From NCBI GenBank assembly GCA_013329045.1, contig DUKZ01000038.1, positions 126,294 through 190,293 of the forward strand: DNA of 64,000 bases. Direction: 5' to 3'. This DNA is from Candidatus Woesearchaeota archaeon. GTDB lineage: Archaea; Nanobdellota; Nanobdellia; Woesearchaeales; UBA9989. This document shows, piece by piece, positions 18,598-26,558 of this stretch. Below the pieces are notes generated by a model. It was given only the letters and a program-made list of their open reading frames with translations. It was not told the DNA's origin and searched no databases. Positions within the stretch are counted from its first letter, which is position 1, and each line of letters begins with the position of its first letter. Both the position numbers and the translations under genes were made by a program.

Positions 18598-19752
18598 ATG
18601 ACCGGCAAAGGACAAGAAGAAAAACCGCAGTCATATGAACACGTGTTCTATTCCTACACTGCAAATCTCTCACAACTTGAGGATGAGAATAGGATCCTTC
18701 GGGAGACCCTTGCCACCATGAAAGATGAGCTAGACCGGCTCAGAAGGCCTCCTCTTATGGTCTGTGACGTCAAGGATATCTATGGCAAGCATGCTATTGT
18801 CAGAATACCTAATGGGAACCTCTTCTATGTCAATATCTCCTCTGAATGCGAGCCACTTGTCCCTGGAGATTCTGTCCTTGCCGAGCAAAAAAACCTCACA
18901 GTCCTCAAAAAGATTGACAGCTCAAAAACATTCGATGTCGAACGGTTTGTCATCATCGAAAAGCCACAAGTGGGCTGGGAACAAGTAGGCGGCCTTGGCA
19001 ACCAGATACGGGAGATCCAGGAAGTAATTGAACTACCCCTGAAAAAGCCTCAACTCTTCAAGGATATTGGCATTTCCCCGCCAAAAGGAGTCCTCTTGTA
19101 TGGGCCGCCTGGAACGGGCAAGACGCTCCTTGCAAAAGCAGTTGCCGCTTCCACCCAATCAACATTCATCCAGGTTGTGGGCTCTGAACTTGTCCAAAAG
19201 TTCATCGGTGAAGGCTCAAAACTAGTAAAAGAAATATTTGACCTTGCCCGTGAACGAGCTCCTACCATCATCTTTATTGATGAACTAGACGCCATTGCCG
19301 CAACACGTGTTGATGTTGGCACTTCCGGCGAGCGAGAAGTACAGCGGACGTTTATGCAGCTCCTCGCCGAAATAGACGGGTTTAAGCCCCTTGACAATGT
19401 GAAGATCATCGGCTGCACGAACAGGAAGGAAATCCTTGACCAGGCTGTTGTCCGGCCAGGAAGACTCGATCGGCTCATCAAGGTTGAGCTGCCTGATGCT
19501 GTTGCAAGGAAAGAGATCCTCAAGATCCATGCTGGTGGGATGAGATCAAAGAATCTCGACCTTGATGCTCTTACCAAAAAAACTGAACATTTCTCTGGTG
19601 CAGAACTTCGGGCGGTGTGCACAGAGGCTGGGTACTTTGCCATCAGGCAGAACAAGAAATATGTTGTCCAACAGGATTTCTTAGATGCTATCATAAAGGT
19701 CAAAAAGGAAGAAGCGCTTGGAGGAAAAGATTACCTGAACATGTTCGGATGA
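18598..19752 (+). CDS. pan: proteasome-activating nucleotidase (PAN, AAA+ ATPase)
   Basis: Coiled-coil N-terminus and OB domain. Walker A GPPGTGKT, Walker B IIFIDELD. Start at ATG 18598, 22 nt after a TTTATAAA box. Confidence 0.92.
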   Translation: MTGKGQEEKPQSYEHVFYSYTANLSQLEDENRILRETLATMKDELDRLRRPPLMVCDVKDIYGKHAIVRIPNGNLFYVNISSECEPLVPGDSVLAEQKNLTVLKKIDSSKTFDVERFVIIEKPQVGWEQVGGLGNQIREIQEVIELPLKKPQLFKDIGISPPKGVLLYGPPGTGKTLLAKAVAASTQSTFIQVVGSELVQKFIGEGSKLVKEIFDLARERAPTIIFIDELDAIAATRVDVGTSGEREVQRTFMQLLAEIDGFKPLDNVKIIGCTNRKEILDQAVVRPGRLDRLIKVELPDAVARKEILKIHAGGMRSKNLDLDALTKKTEHFSGAELRAVCTEAGYFAIRQNKKYVVQQDFLDAIIKVKKEEALGGKDYLNMFG

Positions 19753-19969
19753 TCATCATCTTTTTATCTTCTTCATCTTTTTATATTCTTTCTTTGCTCA
19801 TATCATCATCTCATATTATCATCTTTTGAAAAGAAAGCGTGCTCATCAGTTACTCCTTCAAGCATAAGCTTCTGGTGTTCACATAATCATCGCACGCAAT
19901 GACCAGAAAACAACGTTTCTTTATTAATATAGCGTCAATGCTTAAAAAGATGAAGCGATTATTGCCCTT

Positions 19970-21163
19970 ATGGGGATTAGCCTGTGCATGATTGCACGAA
20001 ATGAGGAACAGCTCCTTGCTGATTGTCTTGACAGTGTGAAGGATCTTGTTGAGGAGATCATCTTTGTCGACACTGGCAGCGAGGACCAGACCGTAGCGAT
20101 AGCCTCAATATATACAAACCGAATCTTTCATAATCCATGGAAAGACAATGCAGATGAGCTGAGGAATTTTTCTCTTGGCCTTGCAACACAGGAATGGATC
20201 CTTGTCCTTGATGCTGATGAGGAACTGCCAAAACAAAGCTGTGATGCCATCCATGCATTGCTCAAGGATCCAACAGCTGATGGATATCTTCTTCTCCAAC
20301 GAAATTATACAAACTCATCGAGCGTCCCTGGATTTGCCCACCTTTCCTCGTTTTCTTCACCTAAACAACAGGGATTTCTCGGCTACTATGATAACCCCCT
20401 TTGCAGGCTGTTCAAACGGAAAAAAGAATTTCGCTTCACGACAAAAGTCCATGAAACGATAGAGCCTGCGATCCAGGCTCATGGGGTTCTTGCTCCAACA
20501 TCAATCATTATTGACCATTACCGTGAACTCAAGAACCAGGAAAAAGAAAAAGGGCACGCATACTATGAACGGCTGGGGAAGCATGTCCTGGATGCTCCAA
20601 CCGATGCAAAAAGCCTTGAGCGTCTTGGCATTGCCGCACACAACTTTCTTGGTGATCTGGACAAGGCAGAAGCTGCCTATAGGAAAGCTCTTGGCTTATC
20701 ACCACATCTTTACCGTGCACGGCTCAACCTGAGCGAGCTGTTCATCCAAAAGGGGGACATGCAAGAAGCGCTTTTGATAGTCAATGAAGGGCTTGCCCAT
20801 TTTCCGGATGATCCCTGGCTGCTCACGAATAAATCAACCATCCTCATCAACCTTAAACAGATTGCACCGGCAGAAGAAATCATCAACATTGTGCTTGGCA
20901 ATCATCCAACCCTTACCCCCGCCCTCCTCAACAAAGCAATCTGCCATGTGCTCAGGAAAGAGTATGCACCAGCATTGTCATGTTACCACTCTATCCTTTC
21001 GAGGGAGCCATGCAACCTGCAAACGCTCTACAACATGGCTTTGGTTTACATCCGGCTGGGCAGCATTGACAATGCAGAACTCTCCTTGGAGAAGGCACTC
21101 TCCTGCGACCCATCATTCTCTCAAGCAAAAAAATTAAAAGAAAAAATAAAAAAGAAGAACTAA
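19970..21163 (+). CDS. family-2 glycosyltransferase fused to TPR repeats
   Basis: The N-terminus ISLCMIARNEEQLLADCLDSV...VDTGSEDQT...VLDADE is a GT2 signature. The C-terminal ~200 aa form TPR-like helical repeats. Confidence 0.8.
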   Translation: MGISLCMIARNEEQLLADCLDSVKDLVEEIIFVDTGSEDQTVAIASIYTNRIFHNPWKDNADELRNFSLGLATQEWILVLDADEELPKQSCDAIHALLKDPTADGYLLLQRNYTNSSSVPGFAHLSSFSSPKQQGFLGYYDNPLCRLFKRKKEFRFTTKVHETIEPAIQAHGVLAPTSIIIDHYRELKNQEKEKGHAYYERLGKHVLDAPTDAKSLERLGIAAHNFLGDLDKAEAAYRKALGLSPHLYRARLNLSELFIQKGDMQEALLIVNEGLAHFPDDPWLLTNKSTILINLKQIAPAEEIINIVLGNHPTLTPALLNKAICHVLRKEYAPALSCYHSILSREPCNLQTLYNMALVYIRLGSIDNAELSLEKALSCDPSFSQAKKLKEKIKKKN

Positions 21164-21182
21164 GAAAGGAAAAAGATACAAC

Positions 21183-21983
21183 TTAAACCTGCTTCATCCC
21201 TTTCCAAGCGAGGTCAAACAAAGCATCCATCGCAGATGCAAAGAATGGGGTGTTCACCCAGATGCCCACATCATATGTCGGGTGGACATCCTTATCATCC
21301 ATCACCATAAAAATGATCTCCTTCCCATCAACAACCAAGAACCTCGCTTTCTGATCAGTATGCCTAATCTCTGCAACATTCTTCATGTCCTTGACTGCAG
21401 CCTTGCACTCCTTTGTGATCGGCGCTGCGATCCTGATCCTTACACCACGCTTCTTGAGCTTTTCCATCGTCGGCTTGAGTCCTTCAATCTTCCTCATCAA
21501 TCCTTCGGAGGTGGTCATAATACTGACTGTTTTCTCTGCACCCCTAATGGTCAATTCAAGATGATTGTAGAGGTTGTGCCTTCCCTTCAATGAACCTGAA
21601 AGGTCTGAGGGCTCTACGAGCTCGACTCCCTGGTCATGAAGCGAGTTGAGTTCACCGAGAATCTCTGTGTTCTTGAGGTTGTCTAGGCGCTTGAGCTTCT
21701 CATCAGCATCAACACGCATATTCTTCTTTACGCGCTCTACAACCTCATTTGGCGTTATTGCGACATATTTGATGGGCTTGCCCAACTTCATGACAATAAA
21801 CCCTTTCTTTTCCAGGGACTCTAGAACATCATAACTCCTAGACCTTGGAACGTTAGCAATATCAGAAAGCTCACCAGCCGTAGAAACCCCCCTGGACAGC
21901 AATGCAGTCCACACCTTTACTTCATAGAGGTTCAGGCCAAAATACCTTCTTAGCTTACTCAAAAATTCTTCTTTGACAATCAT
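21183..21983 (-). CDS. TrmB-family winged-helix transcriptional regulator (paralog B)
   Basis: 266 aa with the same wHTH as paralog A. Divergently oriented from pta-ackA. Confidence 0.87.
   Translation of the reverse strand: MIVKEEFLSKLRRYFGLNLYEVKVWTALLSRGVSTAGELSDIANVPRSRSYDVLESLEKKGFIVMKLGKPIKYVAITPNEVVERVKKNMRVDADEKLKRLDNLKNTEILGELNSLHDQGVELVEPSDLSGSLKGRHNLYNHLELTIRGAEKTVSIMTTSEGLMRKIEGLKPTMEKLKKRGVRIRIAAPITKECKAAVKDMKNVAEIRHTDQKARFLVVDGKEIIFMVMDDKDVHPTYDVGIWVNTPFFASAMDALFDLAWKGMKQV
21765..21878 (-). repeat. partner copy of the 114-nt TrmB HTH segment
   Basis: See 578..691. Confidence 0.9.
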
Positions 21984-22139
21984 GGAATCACACCCCCTTT
22001 GTTAGATGTTGTCACATCCAAGGGGTTTATTTTATACCTACTATATATATGTTACTTTTTTGTTATTTTTTCACCCTGTCGCAATAGTTTCATTCATTGC
22101 CCTAAGGTTTTTACTTTGGAGTTAATAATAAACTTAATA

Positions 22140-22158
22140 ACTCTTTGCATTAAAGAGT
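22140..22158. promoter_or_regulatory. 7-5-7 palindrome ACTCTTT-GCATT-AAAGAGT, candidate operator just upstream of the pta-ackA TATA box
   Basis: Perfect inverted repeat 4 nt upstream of ATATTTAA (22163-22170), in the spacer shared with the divergent TrmB gene. Confidence 0.3.
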
Positions 22159-22162
22159 CCTG

Positions 22163-22170
22163 ATATTTAA
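22163..22170 (+). promoter_or_regulatory. TATA-box candidate for pta-ackA
   Basis: ATATTTAA ~31 nt upstream of ATG 22201. Confidence 0.4.
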
Positions 22171-22200
22171 GGATTTAGGTGGTTTAATTATTGCAAAAAA

Positions 22201-23187
22201 ATGGGCTTATTACAATCATTACAACGGCGTGCGCGGGCAAATCCTCAAAGAATCGTATTTCCAGAGGGTGAAGAAGAGCGTATCCTCAAAGTTGCAGAAA
22301 AATGCGTGAAAACAAAAACAGCTGTTCCGTATCTTCTGGGTGACGAAAAAAAAATTATTCAGTTAAAACGAAAGTATAAGATAACAACAGATTTTGACAT
22401 TATCAATCCCCTAACAAGCCCTCTTCGCCAAAAACTTGCCGACGCATTCTTTGAACTGAGAAAAGAGAAAGGAGTTACTCCTGATGCAGCCCTCTTACAG
22501 ATGAATGATGCGATGTATTTTGGGACACTGCTCACCTACCTTTGCCTTGCTGATGGCGTTGTCTCTGGCTGTGTCCATACCACTGCAGATACGGTGAGGC
22601 CTGCATTGCAGATCATCAAAACCCGAGAACCATTTCATAAGGTCTCCGGGCTGTTTGTTTTGCTCTGGAAAAAGAAAGTATATTTTTTTGCAGACTGTGC
22701 GGTGATCATCGAACCAACACCAGAGGAGCTAGCTGACATCGCCTTGGACACTGCACATAATGCCCGGTGGCTTGGCATCACCCCCCGTGTTGTTTTCCTC
22801 TCTTTTTCTACCCATGATAACTATAACACTCCCCATCACCAAAATATCAAGAAAGCATTAGAGCTAGTCAAGACAAGGGATCCCAAGCTACTTGTTGATG
22901 GAGAAATGCAGCTTGATGCTGCCATTGTCCCAGAAGTTGGAAGGGTCAAATGCCCCAACAGTCCAATAAAAGGAGATGCGAATGTGCTCATCTTTCCAAA
23001 CCTCGAGTCGGCAAATATTGGATATAAACTTGTGGAGCGCTTTGGAAAAGCCATCGCTATTGGGCCAATCCTCCAGGGGCTCAGAAAGCCAGTCAATGAT
23101 GTTTCCAGGGGGTCTACTGTCGAGGATATCTTTGATACAACAATACTCACTTGCATCGAGGCCCAACAATGCTCATCCTTACACTAA
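22201..23187 (+). CDS. pta: phosphate acetyltransferase (PTA_PTB domain only)
   Basis: 328 aa. Motifs: IVFPEGEEERIL, DGVVSG, FADCAV, VVFLSFSTH, ANVLIFPNLESANIGYKL. Confidence 0.88.
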   Translation: MGLLQSLQRRARANPQRIVFPEGEEERILKVAEKCVKTKTAVPYLLGDEKKIIQLKRKYKITTDFDIINPLTSPLRQKLADAFFELRKEKGVTPDAALLQMNDAMYFGTLLTYLCLADGVVSGCVHTTADTVRPALQIIKTREPFHKVSGLFVLLWKKKVYFFADCAVIIEPTPEELADIALDTAHNARWLGITPRVVFLSFSTHDNYNTPHHQNIKKALELVKTRDPKLLVDGEMQLDAAIVPEVGRVKCPNSPIKGDANVLIFPNLESANIGYKLVERFGKAIAIGPILQGLRKPVNDVSRGSTVEDIFDTTILTCIEAQQCSSLH

Positions 23188-24266
23188 ACTGCGGGAGTTC
23201 TTCTATCAAATTTGCAGTGTATCAAAGTAAAGGTCAAAAGCAACTCACGACGGGTTATCAGGAGAATATTCTCTCTATCACCTCTTATCGTTCTTCTCTT
23301 AAACAGATCATCAATGAAACATCGCCTGATGCTATTGGGCATCGCGTCGTCCATGGCGGAATGCTCACCACCTCTTCTCTCATCACACCTTTTGTGATGA
23401 ACGAAATTAAAAGATATTCACACTATGCCCCCCTCCACAATCCTCCGGAGCTGCTTGGCATCACCATATGCAAAAAACACTTTGGTCATCTCCCACAAGT
23501 GGCAGTGTTTGATACAGCATACCATACAACAATCCCTTCCCCCGTTCGTACGTATGGGATCCCATATAAATATACAAAAAAAGGATATATGAAATATGGC
23601 TTCCATGGGACAAGCCATCATTACTGTGCAACGGAAGCTGCAAAGCTCCTTGGCAAGCCACTCTCTTCATGCAATCTTATCACCTGCCACCTTGGGAACG
23701 GATCATCTGTTTGCGCCATAAAAGGCGGAAAATCAGTTGATACCTCCATGGGGATGACCCCTCTTGATGGCGTCCTGATGGGGACGAGGTGCGGGATGCT
23801 TGATCCTGGCATCGTCCTAGCATTCCTCGAACAAGAAAAACTCTCTGTGAAACAGGTTGACCATCTTCTTAATCATTCGTCAGGCATGAAAGGGGTGTCT
23901 GGGATATCCCATGATTATCGGGCGTTGAAATACAACAAGCATCCGCGAGCCAAGCTCGTCCGTGAGATGCTTGCAATCAGCCTGCAAAAGATTATCGCAA
24001 GCTACCTTCCCGCCCTCCAGCGGGTTGATGCTATCATCTTTACCGCGGGGATTGGGGAGCATGTCCCAGAACTTCGGAAAGATATTGCTTTGGGGCTGGG
24101 GTTTTTAGGCGTAAAACTTGATGATCGGAAGAATAAGCGCAATGCTCCAATCATCAGCAAGGCAACATCCCCCATCAAGGTTTTTGTCATCAAAACAGAT
24201 GAACAACACCTCATCGCCCATGAAGTAGAAAGAGTCCTCAAACAACATACCGCAAAGAGGCGATAA
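23169..24266 (+). CDS. ackA: acetate kinase
   Basis: LTLNCGSSSIKFAVY, GHRVVHGG, AVFDTAYH, YGFHGTSH, HLGNGSS and FTAGIGE are canonical AckA motifs. At 365 aa the N-terminal lobe is somewhat shortened. Confidence 0.9.
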   Translation: MLILTLNCGSSSIKFAVYQSKGQKQLTTGYQENILSITSYRSSLKQIINETSPDAIGHRVVHGGMLTTSSLITPFVMNEIKRYSHYAPLHNPPELLGITICKKHFGHLPQVAVFDTAYHTTIPSPVRTYGIPYKYTKKGYMKYGFHGTSHHYCATEAAKLLGKPLSSCNLITCHLGNGSSVCAIKGGKSVDTSMGMTPLDGVLMGTRCGMLDPGIVLAFLEQEKLSVKQVDHLLNHSSGMKGVSGISHDYRALKYNKHPRAKLVREMLAISLQKIIASYLPALQRVDAIIFTAGIGEHVPELRKDIALGLGFLGVKLDDRKNKRNAPIISKATSPIKVFVIKTDEQHLIAHEVERVLKQHTAKRR

Positions 24267-25287
24267 TTCCCCCGAGTCCATCAGCCTGCATCCCCGCATC
24301 ACTATCACCATGGATGATCAACACTTTCCCATTCATCGATTCAACAGTCTTCATCATCCTTATGAGATCATCGATTGATGCATCTTGCCTAGCCTGAAGT
24401 ATCTTGCTATCAGTGATGATCAACATCTCAACAGCACCACTCTTACATGCCTTATCTACTTCATCCTTCCCATAAATTCCTTTCCCACCTTTACTAATCT
24501 CCCCTAAAATCCTTGCCACCTCATGCGCTTCCTTTGTGAGCATATCCTCCTTTAGCACCCCCTGCACTTCCTGGCGCCTGAGCAGCTCTGTTAGCGCCTG
24601 CTTTGTTACTGAAGAGACTGTCGCTAGCACCAAGCCTTTCCTCTCTTTTTCAGGGATTGCCTTCATGACTTCTTCCTTGAAGAAAGCCGGGCTTGCCAGG
24701 ATGATCCCCCCTGGCTTATATCTCTCCTTATAGGTCTGCATCTGCTGAGCGATCTCCTGGTAGAACGATCCTGCTTTTGTCTGGAAACTTTTCTTCTCAA
24801 CATCCCCCTGCATATCGCTGAGCATTTGTATTCCTTGCTGCTTGATGAGTGCAAACAAAGCCTGTTCCCTATCATGGACTGCAACCAGAATTGTTGGCAG
24901 TGGCCTTGTTGCTTCCTCAATCTTTTTCCTTTGATACTCCTGCCATTGCCCTTTGATAAGGGTAAAGATTGTGCCTTCCTCCACTGTCAATGTATGATAA
25001 CTTCCTTTTGGGATGTCCTCGATCTCTGAAATGACCTTTCCGCTAATCCGGAGCTCGGTTGCGAACTGGGCAAATTCTATCCTCTCAACAATGATCTCCA
25101 GATTGACCGGTCGCTTGATAACACTCGACTTCCTCTCTTCATCTGATCCTACCTTGATCTTTCTTAGTGTCCTACCCTGGACATGGTCTCCTGGCTCGAT
25201 GATCGCCTGCAGAAACCACAAGTCATCTGGCGATTCTACCTGAAGGGTCATTAACCCTTTTTTGGGAAAATTGCTCTTTATTTGCAT
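24238..25287 (-). CDS. pelA: Pelota (aRF1-like mRNA surveillance/ribosome rescue factor)
   Basis: 349 aa with a three-domain Pelota layout (LQVESPDDLWFLQAIIEPGD...). The 3' end overlaps the ackA 3' end convergently by 29 nt. Confidence 0.88.
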   Translation of the reverse strand: MQIKSNFPKKGLMTLQVESPDDLWFLQAIIEPGDHVQGRTLRKIKVGSDEERKSSVIKRPVNLEIIVERIEFAQFATELRISGKVISEIEDIPKGSYHTLTVEEGTIFTLIKGQWQEYQRKKIEEATRPLPTILVAVHDREQALFALIKQQGIQMLSDMQGDVEKKSFQTKAGSFYQEIAQQMQTYKERYKPGGIILASPAFFKEEVMKAIPEKERKGLVLATVSSVTKQALTELLRRQEVQGVLKEDMLTKEAHEVARILGEISKGGKGIYGKDEVDKACKSGAVEMLIITDSKILQARQDASIDDLIRMMKTVESMNGKVLIIHGDSDAGMQADGLGGIIASLRYVV

Positions 25288-25306
25288 CCCTCGATAAAGA
25301 GAAATC

Positions 25307-25319
25307 TTTATATATATAG
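25307..25319. promoter_or_regulatory. palindromic TATA element (TTTATATATATAG) shared by divergent pelota and the surface operon
   Basis: It lies ~20-32 nt from both start codons (25287 on minus, 25341 on plus), implying short or absent leaders. Confidence 0.45.
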
Positions 25320-25340
25320 GTTTTCATTTCTGAGAAGAAG

Positions 25341-26531
25341 ATGAGAGGGCGTTCAAAAAGAGGTCAAGGAGCTGGCGCTGGGCAAGCTGCAACATTCATT
25401 GCACTCATCGCTTTCTTCATCGTACTCTATATCCTTTTCCTCCCCCCAGCAGACCGTGAAGCCCTCCTGAATGATGATACCAGCAGCACCTGCACTGGCA
25501 CTTTTTGCACCCATGAAGGAGAAATACTCCTCGAAGAAACCCCTGGGAAGCTCGATACCCTCGGGTTTTCCTCTTTTGAGCACCATATTGCAAGCTTCAC
25601 CATCTTTCAAAAAGAGGATGCAACCGAATTCCTCAAACTTCAAACAATTTCTGTAAAGAGCGACTGGTTCAAGAAAAACAGCGCTAATGCAACATTCTCC
25701 ATCCAAGATCCCACAAAAGTTTCCAGTGCCCTGCTTGCCTTTAGCACTCCCATCCGAAAAGGATTGCTTACGATCCAACTAAATAGAAAAACAATTTTCT
25801 CTGGTGATATTCACACAGAAAATATTGATCCAATCATGCTTCCCCCTGCTCTCCTCAACCAAGAAAATGTCCTTACATTCACCGTAGACAACCCTGGTTT
25901 TGCATTCTGGACGAGCAATGCGTACCGGCTGGAAAATCTCCAAGTCATTGGCACGGTAGTCGACAATACCCGTCAATCTGCCACACAATCATTCTTTATC
26001 ACCCAAAAAGAAAAGGAGAACCTCGAGCGTGTCAATCTCAAACTCTTCCCTGACTGCAATCCCTCTGCCAGCGGGATCCTCACCCTCCACATCAATGATC
26101 GGGCCATCTTCTCAGGCATTCCTGACTGCGGCATCCTTAACCGGTACGAGTTTGACCCTGCAACGCTCACCCCTGGAGAGAACACCTTCTCTGTCAAAGC
26201 TGACACGGGAAGCTATCTCCTCGACCAGATTGTTATTGTCACCGAACTTACCGCACCAGATTACCCCACCTATTACTTCCTCGTTGATCCCGAAGCCTAT
26301 GATGCAATCAGGGCCTTTGGGGTTGATGCAAACCTTGACATAGAATTCGTCGAACAGGAGGACTTGAACTCAATTGTCCTTAACTTAAATGGCGTAAAAA
26401 AACAGGTGAGAACCAGAGATATGTTCGCTTCATTGCTTGTCAATGATTTCATCCTGAAAGGAAACAATTACCTGCAGATTGTCCCGCAAAGCGATGTGAA
26501 CATAGCAAAGGTTCGTCTCACCCTCTCATAA
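25341..26531 (+). CDS. exported repeat protein with class-III (prepilin-like) signal peptide candidate; first gene of the surface operon
   Basis: The N-terminus MRGRSKRGQGAGAGQAATFIALIAFFIVLYILF has a basic head, a KRG/Q motif and a ~22-aa hydrophobic helix. It is followed by three ~100-aa internal repeats (LLTIQLNRKTIFSGD.. / ILTLHINDRAIFSGI.. / IVLNLNGVKKQVRTR..). Confidence 0.75.
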   Translation: MRGRSKRGQGAGAGQAATFIALIAFFIVLYILFLPPADREALLNDDTSSTCTGTFCTHEGEILLEETPGKLDTLGFSSFEHHIASFTIFQKEDATEFLKLQTISVKSDWFKKNSANATFSIQDPTKVSSALLAFSTPIRKGLLTIQLNRKTIFSGDIHTENIDPIMLPPALLNQENVLTFTVDNPGFAFWTSNAYRLENLQVIGTVVDNTRQSATQSFFITQKEKENLERVNLKLFPDCNPSASGILTLHINDRAIFSGIPDCGILNRYEFDPATLTPGENTFSVKADTGSYLLDQIVIVTELTAPDYPTYYFLVDPEAYDAIRAFGVDANLDIEFVEQEDLNSIVLNLNGVKKQVRTRDMFASLLVNDFILKGNNYLQIVPQSDVNIAKVRLTLS

Positions 26532-26558
26532 TGTTCTTAAAAAAAGAGGTATGGTGCT

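Noticed and set aside
19753-19969. Short hairpins and an AGAAAACAAC match to the E2 arm in the pan/GT2 spacer, as a possible further Y-element copy.
   Set aside because: Only a 10-nt A-rich match and loosely nested short palindromes are present. No coherent three-way junction could be drawn.
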